A DNA stretch of 64,000 nt from an uncultured Actinomycetota bacterium (GTDB taxonomy: Bacteria; Actinomycetota; Actinomycetes; Propionibacteriales; Nocardioidaceae). The stretch spans positions 74,609 through 138,608 of the forward strand of contig CAWJRK010000016.1 of assembly GCA_963845215.1 (NCBI GenBank). Direction: 5' to 3'. The position numbers and the translations under genes were made by a program. Below, piece by piece: positions 32,046 to 41,672 of this stretch; the stretch's first letter is position 1; each line of letters starts with the position of its first letter. Under the pieces are notes generated by a model that saw nothing but the letters and a program-made list of their open reading frames with translations, did no database searches and had not been told where the DNA came from.

Positions 32046-33102
32046 TCACCAGGTGCGGGTGGCGCCGGTGGTCAGCTTCTTGCCAGGGGTGCGCCACTTG
32101 GGTTCCTTGTCCAAGGTGCCCGTGGTCATGCTGCGCAGCCGCTTCATCGTGTGGCCGTAGAGCCCGACAGCGGTTGTCGACAGCTTTCCGCCGGGTGGCT
32201 CGTCCATGAACGGCATGAACTTGTCCGGGAATCCCGGCATCGTGCATCCGATGCAGATGCCGCCCACGTTGGGGCATCCGCCCACGCCGTTGACCCAGCC
32301 GCGCTTGGGCACGTTGCACTTGACCACGGGACCCCAGCACCCGAGCTTCACGATGCACTTGGGCGAGCCGTACTCGGTCGCGAAGTCGCCCTGCTCGTAG
32401 TAGCCGGCCCGGTCGCAGCCCTCGTGCACCGTCTGCCCGAACAGCCAGGTCGGCCGCAGCGCGTCGTCGAGCGGGATCATCGGCGCCTGTCCCGTCGCCA
32501 TGTAGAGCAGGTAGGTCAGGGTCTCGGACATGTTGTCGGGCTGCACAGGACACCCGGGCACACAGACGATCGGGATGTCCGCCTTGGACTTCCAACCCCA
32601 GCCCAGGTAGTCGGGCACGCCCATGGCGCCGGTGGGGTTGCCCTCCATCGCGTGGATCCCGCCGTACGTCGCGCAGGTGCCGACCGCAACGATCGCTGTC
32701 GCCTTGGGCGCGAGCCGGTCGAGCCACTCACTGGTCGTGATCGGTTGGTTCGTCAGCGGGTCGTTGCCGAAGCCGCACCAGTAGCCTTCGTCGTGCAGCT
32801 GTTCGTTGGGGATCGAGCCCTCGACCACCAGCACGAAGGGCTCCAGCTCGCCCCGGTCGGCCTTGAAGAACCATTCGAGGAAGTCGTCGGCCCCACCGGC
32901 TGGGCCCGCACTCGAAGTCGATCAGCGGCCAGTGCACCGCGATCTGTGGCAGCCCAGGGAGCGCGCCCAGCGCGATCTCCTCGATGCTGGGCTGGGTGGC
33001 CGCGGTCAGCGAGACGGAGTCACCGTCACAGCTGAGCCCGGCGTTGATCCACAGCACGTGGATGAGGGTTTCCTCGGCCTTGATGGCTTCGGCTGTCGGC
33101 AT
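32046..33102 (-). CDS. hhyS: Group 1h [NiFe]-hydrogenase small subunit (frameshift ~32900)
   Basis: LWINAGLSCDGDS, VGTCATYGG, VPGCP, HEGCDR, GCWGP, CIGCTMPGFP; no Tat leader. Confidence 0.95.
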
Positions 33103-33188
33103 GCCAGACCCCATTTCCCGGGGCGGGGTCTGGGCCTCGATCGTTGCGGGAGCCGACCGTTCGGCTCGCCTGCGCAAACTCGGATTTC

Positions 33189-33218
33189 ATTACGCACACA
33201 GGCAGGTGCGTGTGTCAA
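33189..33218 (-). promoter_or_regulatory. Sigma70-type promoter for hhySL
   Basis: TTGACA-18 nt-CGTAAT on the minus strand ~90 nt upstream of hhyS. Confidence 0.55.
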
Positions 33219-33244
33219 GGGCCAGGGGCGCTGCTCTCGGATTT

Positions 33245-34031
33245 CTAGGTGTGAAGCCAGGACAACCAGGCGTCCAGGTTGTCTCCGGTGGCGGCCGAGA
33301 GCGGCAGCACCTCGACGTCGGGGTTGATGCGGCGGGCGTCACCGATCAGCCGGTCGGTGTCGAAGTCGACGTACGGCAGGAGGTCGGTCTTGTTCACCAC
33401 GACGAGGTCAGCGGCCGCGAACATGTGGGGGTACTTCAGCGGCTTGTCGTCGCCCTCGGTCACCGAGATGACGACGACCTTGCGCGCCTCGCCCAGGTCG
33501 AACAGGGCAGGACAGACCAGGTTGCCGACGTTCTCGATGAACAGCACGCTCCCGGGGTCCGGCCGGAGCTGGTCGAGGGCGCGCTCCACCATCGCGGCGT
33601 CGAGGTGGCAGCCGGCTCCCGTGTTGACCTGTACGACGCGCGCGCCGGCGCCGCGGATCCGCTCCGCGTCGAACACCGTCTCCTGGTCGCCCTCGATCAC
33701 GGTCACGGGCCGGTCGAGCGCGGCGATGGTCCGTTCGAGCAGGGTGGTCTTGCCCGACCCGGGCGAGCTCATCAGGTTCAGGGCGGTGATGTCGCGCTCG
33801 GCCAGCCAGGCCCGGTTGCGGGCCGCCAGGTCGTCGTTCTTGGCGAGCACGGCGACCTCGAGATCGAGAGTGTGCGTCCGCAGCTCGGGGGCCGGCTCGA
33901 GGTGCACATGATCGTGGCCGTGATCGTGATCGTGATCGTGCGTGACCGTGACCGTGACCGTGCGGTGCCGCGGCACCATCCAGCGTGACCAGCCGGACAT
34001 CGCTCTCTCCACACCCACAGGTGCTACACAT
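33245..34031 (-). CDS. hypB: HypB GTPase (frameshift in His-rich repeat ~33940)
   Basis: MCSTCGC, His-rich tract, [26 protein letters not shown]. Confidence 0.95.
33919..33962. repeat. Hexamer tandem repeats (CGTGAT/CGTGAC) encoding the HypB HD/HG tract
   Basis: Visible directly in the sequence. Confidence 0.8.
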
Positions 34032-34361
34032 TCAGGCCACCTCCACGGACTCGACCATCAGCTCGCGACCGGAGAGCAGCTCCACGTCGGCACTGCCACA
34101 ACCGCACAGCAGGAAGGCGTCCGGCAGGGAGAAGTCCAGGTCACAGGTTCGGCAGTGCGCCTGGCCAGGCTGCACCTCGATCTCGAGCAACGCGCCCTCG
34201 AGCGGCGTGCCCGCCGTGGCCAGCTCGAAACAGAACGTCAGGGCGTCGGGTACGACGCCGGCCAGGAGTCCGACCCTCAGGCGGACGACGCTGACCGGGT
34301 GGCCGTCGGCGCACTCGCGCACCATCGCCACCACGCTCTCCGCGATCGCGAGCTCGTGCAT
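34032..34361 (-). CDS. hypA: HypA
   Basis: MHELAIA, CRTC, CGCG, SGREL. Confidence 0.95.
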   Translation of the reverse strand: MHELAIAESVVAMVRECADGHPVSVVRLRVGLLAGVVPDALTFCFELATAGTPLEGALLEIEVQPGQAHCRTCDLDFSLPDAFLLCGCGSADVELLSGRELMVESVEVA

Positions 34362-34452
34362 CGACTACCTCCGGACGTCACCTTCTGCGCGGCCAGGGTC
34401 CGGGGCTGCCTACACAGCACGCTACATGCGCGCGAGGTCGTGGATCAATCGG

Positions 34453-35178
34453 TCAGTTCGAGTTCTCGTCCAGTACGGCGATCGCCACCTCGACGATCCG
34501 CTGGCGCGCCGAGCGGGCCCGCACGCGAATCATCTCGAAGGCGAAGTCGATGCTGACCCCTTCTCGCTGGGCCAGTGCCCCCTTGGCCTGCTCGATGATG
34601 ATCCGGCTGTTGAGCGCACCCTGCAGCTGCTCGGTCAGCGCCTCGGCGCGCGAGATGCTGCGCTCCTGGAGGATCGCGATGGTGGCCACGTCGGTCAGGG
34701 CCTGGACGATCCGCACCTCCTCCGGCGCGAACTGGTGGTCGCTGGAGCCGAACAGGTTCAGCGCGCCGATGATGGTGTCCCGCAGCCGCATCGGGAAGGC
34801 GTGCACCGACTGGAAGCCCAGCTCGGTCGCGAGCGGGGCGAAGTGGGGCCAGCGATCACTGGCGTGGCGGAGATCGGCGTTGACCACCGCCTCATGGGTC
34901 CGGAAGCAGTCGAGGCACGGCCCCTCGGCGTGCTGGAGCTCGAAGAGCTCGAGCGCCTTTCCCGACTCGTTGGAGGAAGCCATGAAGCGGAGGGACCCGC
35001 GGTGGTCGGCAAGGAGCAGTCCCACGGCGCCGGCGCCGCTGATCTCGGCCGCGCGGTCGGTGAGCTGCTGGAGGAACTCGATCAGGTCGAAGTCGGCGAC
35101 CAGTGAGTCGGCAACCTCGACAAAGAGGTCGGAGAGCTGCTCGGTGGAGATCATGGTGCCTCGATTCTCATGGGTCAC
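34453..35178 (-). CDS. GAF-ANTAR RNA-binding regulator
   Basis: EGPCLDC GAF; QLQGALNSRIIIEQAKG ANTAR. Confidence 0.92.
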   Translation of the reverse strand: MTHENRGTMISTEQLSDLFVEVADSLVADFDLIEFLQQLTDRAAEISGAGAVGLLLADHRGSLRFMASSNESGKALELFELQHAEGPCLDCFRTHEAVVNADLRHASDRWPHFAPLATELGFQSVHAFPMRLRDTIIGALNLFGSSDHQFAPEEVRIVQALTDVATIAILQERSISRAEALTEQLQGALNSRIIIEQAKGALAQREGVSIDFAFEMIRVRARSARQRIVEVAIAVLDENSN

Positions 35179-35855
35179 TCGTCGCCGCGGGTCAGGTGGG
35201 CGGTGCCGTCCAGGATGGAGAGGGCCAGGTCGGTCAGGTCAAGCCCATTGGAGAAGGCATGGGCGCGCATCAGGGCCAGCGCCTCGATCAGGGTGACGCC
35301 CAGCGCCACCATCACCATGCCCTGGGCCTGGTAGATCTCGGAGCGGAAGTGCAGGGCGTTCTGCAGCCCCGGGTCGGCTTCCTCGGTGGGGGTCCCAGCC
35401 GGGCTCTCGAGCAACATCTCGGTCGCGAGCTCGGCGAAGATCAGGCAGTGCGTCAGCTCGGGAGCGCCCAACGTGCGTGCCCGGTCCGCGTAGAAGGTGA
35501 GCACGCCGAAGCGCATCGCACCGAGCTGGAGCGGGAACGTGTAGGCCGCGCAGATGCCGGCGCGCAGCACGGCCGGCACGTAGCCCGGCCAGCGGACGAA
35601 GGCCGACTCGAGGTCGGGCACCAGGACCGGGCGTCCGGTGGCGAAGGCGTCGCGGCCGGGCCCTTCGCCGAGACTGAACTGGATCTCTTCGAGACTCCTG
35701 CTGTGCTCGTCGGAGGCGCCTGCCACCGCCTGGAACCCGCCTTTGGTCATTAAGGTAACCGCTACCCCGGACAGGCGTAGCTCATTCCCGGCAGAACTGC
35801 AGAGCCGGTCGAGCTCGACGCGGAGGTCGGGAGGTTCGCTCTCGGAGTCGGCGAT
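35175..35855 (-). CDS. GAF-ANTAR regulator; probable ATC start at 35855 (first ATG 35750)
   Basis: LDRLC..SGVAVTLM, QFSLGEGP, IYQAQGMV..LMRAHAF. Confidence 0.85.
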   Translation of the reverse strand: MADSESEPPDLRVELDRLCSSAGNELRLSGVAVTLMTKGGFQAVAGASDEHSRSLEEIQFSLGEGPGRDAFATGRPVLVPDLESAFVRWPGYVPAVLRAGICAAYTFPLQLGAMRFGVLTFYADRARTLGAPELTHCLIFAELATEMLLESPAGTPTEEADPGLQNALHFRSEIYQAQGMVMVALGVTLIEALALMRAHAFSNGLDLTDLALSILDGTAHLTRGDE

Positions 35856-35995
35856 GTGGACTCCTTCCGCACCGGTGGTCAGCGGGCGCCACAGGGGCCC
35901 ACACTGCCGATCAATCTAGCGTCACGAACACAGACCGGCCCGCCGTCGCCGACGTCGACCTACGCTGCAGACGAGTAGGCGAGGGGAGCACGACG

Positions 35996-36160
35996 GTGCC
36001 GGACCCCGTCCCGGTCGATGAGCTTGAATCGACGGTCGTGGACGCGCTCGGCTCGCTCCCGGAGTTCTTCGCACCGATGATGCGGAGATCGCGGTGCTGG
36101 TCGAGGACGAGCAACCACCGGCCGACCACCAGGACGGCCAGCTGTTGCTGGGCCTTCGCC
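35996..36160 (+). pseudogene. Truncated zincin-like metallopeptidase remnant
   Basis: VVDALGSLPEFF then (shifted) IAVLVEDEQP..LLLGL; no HExxH-bearing half. Confidence 0.5.
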
Positions 36161-36248
36161 TTCTTGGGGCAACCCGTGGACCAAACCCAAAGACAGAAGC
36201 CCGAGTTAGGGGTCCGGCCCGTCCGATATCTCTTGAGAGATCACAGTG

Positions 36249-36321
36249 CGCGCCCGTAGGGATTCGAACCCCAAACCTTCTGATCCGTAGTCAGATGCTC
36301 TATCCGTTGAGCTACGGGCGC
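36249..36321 (-). tRNA. tRNA-Arg(ACG)
   Basis: GCGCCCGTAGCTCAACGGATAGAGCATCTGACTACGGATCAG..GGTTCGAATCCCTACGGGCGCG. Confidence 0.97.
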
Positions 36322-36728
36322 CTGTCGCTCCGGAGAGCAACCCGACGAGGATAGCCGACCTGAGGAGGGTCCCTGAAATCGGCCGAAAGCCGCCCGCGAC
36401 GATGGGGTCGTGTGCCCCTGACCGGCCCATGGAACGGCTCGAGCACACGACCCGACCGCCGTCGCGACCCACGCTCTGTGACTCGGCCCACGGCGCCTTG
36501 ATCGATCCAATAGGAGACTCCGGGGTCCCTTAGTACGCTCAGCGCACCGCGCGACCGCCGCTCCTTGCTGGCGTCCGCGTCTCGAAAGAAGTCGCCGACA
36601 ACGACGCCGTGCGATCCATCAGCAACTCCACGACTAAACCGCCGATACGCTCGGCGGCCGGAGGCGCCGGACCGGCTGGGCGACCAGCGACGGCGACCTT
36701 CGCGAATGCGCGAGAGGGAACATCAGGC

Positions 36729-38558
36729 ATGACGGCCGATACGCAGGCACCGACCACTCAGCAGGCCCCGCCCACCACTCACCAGGGCATCCTCGACTTC
36801 GTCAACGAGGTCGCGGCGATGACCCAGCCGGACCGCATCTACTGGTGCACCGGTTCCGACGAGGAGTGGACCGAGCTCACCGAGGCTCTCGTATCCACCG
36901 GCACGTTCACCCGCCTGAACCCGGCCATCAAGCCGAACTCCTTCTACGCCGCCTCCGACCCGATCGATGTCGCGCGCGTCGAGGACCGCACCTACATCTG
37001 CTCGGTCGACGAGAAGGACTGCGGGCCCACCAACAACTGGATGGACCCGAACGAGATGAAGGCGCTCATGCGCAACCTCTACGAGGGGTGCATGAAGGGC
37101 CGCACGATGTACGTCATCCCGTTCGTGATGGGCCACCTCGAGGCCGAGAAGCCGATGTTCGGCATCGAGCTCACCGACTCGGCGTACGTCACCGCCTCGA
37201 TGCGCGTGATGTCCCGCATGGGCACCAACGTGCTCGACAAGATGACCGAGCTCGGTGCTGACTTCGTCCAGGCCGTCCACTCGGTGGGCCACCCGCTGGC
37301 CGCGGGCGAGGCCGACGTCACGTGGCCGTGCAACGACACGAAGTACATCGTGCAGTTCCCCGAGGAGCGCACGATCTGGTCCTACGGCTCCGGCTACGGC
37401 GGCAACGCGCTGCTCGGCAAGAAGTGCTACGCGCTGCGGATCGCCTCGGTCATGGCCCGCGACGAGGGCTGGCTCGCCGAGCACATGCTGATCCTCAAGC
37501 TGACCAGCCCGCAGGGCGTGAAGAAGTACATCGCCGCTGCGTTCCCGAGCGCCTGCGGCAAGACCAACCTGGCCATGCTCGAGCCGACCATCCCGGGCTG
37601 GACCGTCGAGACCCTCGGCGACGACATCGCCTGGATGCGGATCGGCGAGGACGGCAAGCTGTGGGCGGTCAACCCCGAGTTCGGTCTGTTCGGCGTCGCG
37701 CCCGGCACCAACGAGCACACCAACCCCAACGCGATGAAGACCATCAACAAGGGCAACTCGGTCTTCACCAACGTCGCGCTCACCGAGGACGGCGACATCT
37801 GGTGGGAGGGCCTCGAGAACCCGCCCGCCAAGGCGACCTCCTGGAAGGGCGAGCCGTGGACTCCGGACAGCAAAGAGCTGTCCAGCCACCCCAACAGCCG
37901 CTACTGCACCCCGATCAAGCAGTGCGACATCCTCGCTGACGAGTACGACGACCCGCGCGGCGTGCCGATCGACGCGATCCTCTTCGGAGGTCGCCGCAAG
38001 ACGACGGTCCCGCTGGTGTTCGAGGCCCGCGACTGGACCCACGGCACGTTCCTCGGTGCCACGCTCTCCTCCGAGACGACCGCCGCCGCGGTCGGCGCGG
38101 TCGGCGTGGTCCGCCGCGACCCGATGGCGATGCTGCCCTTCATCGGCTACAACGCCGGCGACTACTTCAACCACTGGATCACCATCGGCAAGGACAACGA
38201 CGCGTCCAAGCTGCCGAAGATCTTCTACGTCAACTGGTTCCGTCGCGACGACGAGGGCGGCTTCCTGTGGCCCGGCTTCGGCGAGAACAGCCGGGTCCTG
38301 AAGTGGGTCGTCGAGCGCATCGAGGGCCAGGCCGCCGCGGTCGAGACGCCGATCGGGCACGTGCCCGCCCCGGGTGCGCTCGACGTCGACGGCCTCGACA
38401 TGACGCCGGAGGCCCTCGAGGCCGCACTGAAGGTCGACCCGGAGGAGTGGAAGGCCGAGATCCCGCAGATCCAGGAGTGGTTCGAGAAGTTCGGTGACGA
38501 CCTGCCTGCCGTGCTCTGGACCGAGCTCGACGGCCTCAAGGCCCGCCTCGGCGTCTGA
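36729..38558 (+). CDS. pckG: GTP-dependent PEP carboxykinase
   Basis: [40 protein letters not shown]. Confidence 0.97.
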   Translation: MTADTQAPTTQQAPPTTHQGILDFVNEVAAMTQPDRIYWCTGSDEEWTELTEALVSTGTFTRLNPAIKPNSFYAASDPIDVARVEDRTYICSVDEKDCGPTNNWMDPNEMKALMRNLYEGCMKGRTMYVIPFVMGHLEAEKPMFGIELTDSAYVTASMRVMSRMGTNVLDKMTELGADFVQAVHSVGHPLAAGEADVTWPCNDTKYIVQFPEERTIWSYGSGYGGNALLGKKCYALRIASVMARDEGWLAEHMLILKLTSPQGVKKYIAAAFPSACGKTNLAMLEPTIPGWTVETLGDDIAWMRIGEDGKLWAVNPEFGLFGVAPGTNEHTNPNAMKTINKGNSVFTNVALTEDGDIWWEGLENPPAKATSWKGEPWTPDSKELSSHPNSRYCTPIKQCDILADEYDDPRGVPIDAILFGGRRKTTVPLVFEARDWTHGTFLGATLSSETTAAAVGAVGVVRRDPMAMLPFIGYNAGDYFNHWITIGKDNDASKLPKIFYVNWFRRDDEGGFLWPGFGENSRVLKWVVERIEGQAAAVETPIGHVPAPGALDVDGLDMTPEALEAALKVDPEEWKAEIPQIQEWFEKFGDDLPAVLWTELDGLKARLGV

Positions 38559-38588
38559 GCCATCCGCAACAGTCATCCGCGCAGCGCA

Positions 38589-38620
38589 CACGGGCACCGA
38601 CCTCCGGGTCGGTGCCCGTG
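38589..38620. terminator. Hairpin between convergent genes
   Basis: CACGGGCACCGACC-TCCG-GGTCGGTGCCCGTG, 14-bp stem. Confidence 0.8.
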
Positions 38621-38627
38621 CCGCATT

Positions 38628-39488
38628 TCAGCTCGTCGGCAGACGCCAGGCGTCGGCGTACTCCTGCACGAAGCTGGCGACCGAGATCGGCGTGCGGCCG
38701 GTGACCCGCTCGACGTCGCCGGTGACGGCCGCGAAGACTCCTTCATTCACCCGTTTCATGACCAGGCGCCACTGGTCGGCGAGCCAGGGCGGCAGCCCCG
38801 AGTCCGAATCGTCCTCCGGCGGGTCGGTCGCCGCCACCGGGCGCCCGAGCACACCAGCGACGACCGCGGCCACCTCGCCGGTGGTCAGGGCCTCAGGCCC
38901 GGTGATCTCGTACGCCGCACCGGAGTGCGCTGCGGGGTCGAGCAGCGACGCCACCGCAACCGCTGCGATGTCGCGCGCATCGACGAAGGCGATCGTCGCC
39001 TCGCTGCTCGACAAGGGCAGCACGCCGTCGCTGTGGATGGACTCGAGGTAGTAGCGAGGATCGATCAGCACCTGGTGGAACCACGAGGGTCGGAGCAGGG
39101 TCCAGGCGCGCGCCTGTTCCGTGACCGCGCGCTCGGTGCGGCGCTCCCACGAGGTGTCGGTGTAGTCACCGGCTCCCTGCTCCGACAGCAGGACGACGTG
39201 GGCCTGCGGCCGCATCGCCACGAGATCCGCCACCAGGTCGGGCGCGGCCTCGAGATCGGGACGCATCAGGTACACCGCGTCGACCCCGCCCACCGCGTCC
39301 CGCCAGGTCGCCGGCTCGTCCCAGTCGAAGAGCACCGGCCGCACTGTGCCCGCACCCTGGCCAGGTGCGCTCGAACCGGCCCGCACCGGCACCCCGCGCT
39401 CGGCGAGCTGGGCCACCACCTCGCGTCCGGTCTTGCCGCGCGCCCCGGTCACCAGTACCTCGCGCTCCTCGACATTCGGCTGGGTCAT
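38628..39488 (-). CDS. NmrA-like NAD(P)H-binding oxidoreductase
   Basis: VLVTGARGKTG, FDWDEP, FVDARDIA. Confidence 0.85.
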   Translation of the reverse strand: MTQPNVEEREVLVTGARGKTGREVVAQLAERGVPVRAGSSAPGQGAGTVRPVLFDWDEPATWRDAVGGVDAVYLMRPDLEAAPDLVADLVAMRPQAHVVLLSEQGAGDYTDTSWERRTERAVTEQARAWTLLRPSWFHQVLIDPRYYLESIHSDGVLPLSSSEATIAFVDARDIAAVAVASLLDPAAHSGAAYEITGPEALTTGEVAAVVAGVLGRPVAATDPPEDDSDSGLPPWLADQWRLVMKRVNEGVFAAVTGDVERVTGRTPISVASFVQEYADAWRLPTS

Positions 39489-39503
39489 CGTTCCTCCATT
39501 TAT

Positions 39504-39556
39504 TTGAGTGCCTCAAGTAGTTGCCCACAGAACCACAACTCCTTGAGGGAATCAAG
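39504..39556. promoter_or_regulatory. Probable MarR operators in the divergent promoter
   Basis: TTGAGTGCCTCAA and CTTGAGGGAATCAAG. Confidence 0.6.
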
Positions 39557-39575
39557 CAATCGCTATACTTGCCTC

Positions 39576-40001
39576 ATGGCAGTGCCCTCAGGACCCGTGG
39601 CTCCGACGACGGAGACCGAGGCCGTGTTCTTCGACTTCGTCGACGCCTACGACCGCGCCTACGAGTCCGCCGCCGCCAGCCGATCGCTGACCGGCGCCCA
39701 GGCCTGCGTGCTGGGTCGTCTCTCCGAGCCGCGTGGCATGGGCTCGCTCGCCGAAGAGCTCGGCTGCGACGCCTCGAACATCACCCAGATCGTGGCCCGC
39801 CTCGAGACCCGAGGCCTGCTCAGCCGGGCGCCCGACCCGGCCGACGGACGTGGCCGGGTGATCACCAGGACCGCGGCCGGCGACGAGCTCAACGCGGACT
39901 TCGAGGAGGCCTTCGAGTTCGCCCGGCAGGCGACCCACCGTCTGTCGCGCACCGAGCAGGACCAGCTGGCGACCCTCCTGCGCAAGGCGCTCGGCTCTTG
40001 A
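39576..40001 (+). CDS. MarR family regulator
   Basis: LAEELGCDASNITQIVARLE..DPADGR. Confidence 0.88.
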   Translation: MAVPSGPVAPTTETEAVFFDFVDAYDRAYESAAASRSLTGAQACVLGRLSEPRGMGSLAEELGCDASNITQIVARLETRGLLSRAPDPADGRGRVITRTAAGDELNADFEEAFEFARQATHRLSRTEQDQLATLLRKALGS

Positions 40002-40070
40002 TCGTTGGAGCAGGACAGCGCACGTGTGCTCTCCGGCGAGTGTTCCGCGGATCGTTGCTGGAACTGACCG

Positions 40071-40170
40071 GATCTCGACACGCTCGTCGCGACCTCGTCC
40101 CTCGGTCGCGGGGCTTGCTCGATCTCGTCTCGCGACGCAGTGCGCTCGTTCCTCGCGCTCTGCTGCTCGC
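40071..40170. repeat. REP-like element
   Basis: GATCTCGACACGC..TCGTCCCTCG..GCTTGCTCGATC plus a second TCGTTCCTCG hairpin. Confidence 0.7.
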
Positions 40171-40237
40171 TTGATGTGGAATCATGCGATCTCTCGGGGT
40201 GGATGGAGGCCAAGGGATCCGCGAGGAGGGACGACGC

Positions 40238-41251
40238 ATGTCCAGTTACGGTCCGGGCGAGCGTGAGCTCTTCGAGACGGGCTCGGCCGTGCTCTTCGAC
40301 GAGATCGTCGCCGCCGGTGGACTGAGCGTCGACGATGCGCGGATCGCCGCCGAGGCGCCGCTGCGACCGGCCTTCGACCTCCTGGTCGAGCTCGGCCTGG
40401 TGCAGCTCGACAAGGCTACCGACACGTGGATGCCCGAGGACCCCAACAGCATCCAGTCCCGGGTGGTCGCCCCGCTGAGCCACGAGGGCGCCAAGCTGCT
40501 CGAGGAGTCATCGCACTGGGCCAGGGCCTTCGGCACGCTCGCCCAGTCGTGGCGGCGATCGCCCGCCTCGCAGTCGCGGGGACCGTTCACCTACCTCCAC
40601 GGGGAGGCGATCGGGCCGTTCCTCAATGGCCTCGTCTCGGAGGTCGAGGAGGAGCTGCTCACCGCCCAGCCGCAGACCGGCCGTGACGCGCAGAGCCTGG
40701 CCGCCGCGGCCCTGCGCGACACGGCCGCCCTCGAGCGGGGCATTACGATGCGCACCCTCTACCAGCACAGCGCCCGCCGCAGCTCGGTCACTCACAAGTA
40801 CGTCGCCGCCGTCACCGCGCGGGGTGCGGAGGTGCGTACCCTCGACGAGTTCTTCAATCGAATGATCGTGATCGACCGGCGGGTCGTGGTGATCCCGGGC
40901 GAGGACCTCAGCGTCGCCATCGCGGTGCGAGAGCCGGCCGTGGTCGCCTACCTGGTCGACGTCTTCGAGCGGGCCTGGGAGCGCGGTCGTCCGTTCACCA
41001 ACAAGGACAGCTCGATGATGCGCGAGATCGCGGTCGAGCAGCGCTCGATGACGATCCGGATGCTGATCGAGGGTCACGCCGACCCGGTCAGCGCGAAGCG
41101 GCTCGGCGTCAGCCCGCGCACGTACGCCGGCTACATCGCGGACCTGAAGGCGGAGTACGAAGCGGACACCCGCTTCCAGCTGGGCTACCTGATGGGCCAG
41201 CAAGGCGTCTCCGGCCACGAGCCCGGACGCGATGACGACGCGACGGACTAG
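40238..41251 (+). CDS. TrmB-like/LuxR-HTH transcriptional regulator
   Basis: N-terminal LVELGLV wHTH-like segment, central MRTLYQH..RMIVIDR domain, C-terminal SAKRLGVSPRT..TRFQLG; GAGGAGG SD. Confidence 0.85.
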   Translation: MSSYGPGERELFETGSAVLFDEIVAAGGLSVDDARIAAEAPLRPAFDLLVELGLVQLDKATDTWMPEDPNSIQSRVVAPLSHEGAKLLEESSHWARAFGTLAQSWRRSPASQSRGPFTYLHGEAIGPFLNGLVSEVEEELLTAQPQTGRDAQSLAAAALRDTAALERGITMRTLYQHSARRSSVTHKYVAAVTARGAEVRTLDEFFNRMIVIDRRVVVIPGEDLSVAIAVREPAVVAYLVDVFERAWERGRPFTNKDSSMMREIAVEQRSMTIRMLIEGHADPVSAKRLGVSPRTYAGYIADLKAEYEADTRFQLGYLMGQQGVSGHEPGRDDDATD

Positions 41252-41277
41252 TGTGGCCTCGTCGGCGACAATGAGCC

Positions 41278-41316
41278 GAGGGCGGTGACTCGAGTTGGTT
41301 TCGAGTCACCGCCCTC
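41278..41316. terminator. Bidirectional terminator hairpin
   Basis: GAGGGCGGTGACTCGA-N7-TCGAGTCACCGCCCTC, 16-bp stem. Confidence 0.8.
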
Positions 41317-41321
41317 TTTCG

Positions 41322-41388
41322 TTGAGACCGGCCAGGGGGGTGGCACTGGGGCCGAACAAGTGGGGGGAAAGTTGGGCCCCGGTCTCAA
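41322..41388 (-). ncRNA. 6C-like structured RNA (two hairpins with C6 loops inside a closing stem)
   Basis: Minus strand: TTGAGACCG GGGCCCAAC-TTTCCCCCCACTT-GTTCGGCCC CAGT GCCA-CCCCCC-TGGC CGGTCTCAA. Confidence 0.65.
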
Positions 41389-41401
41389 GTCTCTGGGTGG
41401 C

Positions 41402-41545
41402 CTAGCCTCCGGACCCGGGTACGGCGAAGCACAGGCCGCCGCAACCCCAGCTGGTGTCCTTGGTCGCCTCGGCCGGTGCGGCGATGCCGACCAGGCCGAT
41501 GCTCATCGCCAGCGTGGCGATCGAGATGCACAGCTTGCGTCCCAT
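41402..41545 (-). CDS. 47-aa secreted peptide precursor with DTSWG motif
   Basis: MGRKLCISIATLAMSIGLVGIAAPAEA/TKDTSWGCGGLCFAVPGSGG; basic n-region, hydrophobic h-region, AEA site; GGAG SD. Confidence 0.75.
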   Translation of the reverse strand: MGRKLCISIATLAMSIGLVGIAAPAEATKDTSWGCGGLCFAVPGSGG

Positions 41546-41648
41546 ACGTCTCTGCTCCCACCTTCTGCGCCCCGGCCTGCAGTCGGCCCTGAGTGGAGTG
41601 TCAGGGCTGGCAGCGACCGGGCGTGAGCGAATGATTGGCTCATTTATC

Positions 41649-41672
41649 TGCAATGCAGTTTTCTGCAGTGCA
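41649..41672. promoter_or_regulatory. Inverted repeat upstream of the peptide gene
   Basis: TGCAATGCAG-TTTT-CTGCAGTGCA (9/10 arms) in an AT-rich patch. Confidence 0.6.

Noticed and set aside
33919-33962. Phase variation or CRISPR-like array in hypB
   Set aside because: Hexamer repeats encode the usual His tract, and unit changes would keep the frame.
41331-41380. G-quadruplex on the + strand
   Set aside because: Better explained as the complement of C-loop hairpins; it lies beyond the + strand terminator.
41402-41545. RiPP or bacteriocin precursor
   Set aside because: No modification enzymes, transporter or immunity genes nearby; the leader is a Sec-type signal.
34379-41570. 12-mer GCGCAGAAGGTG upstream of both hypA and the peptide gene
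   Set aside because: Short, partly SD-like and plausible by chance; no further shared context.
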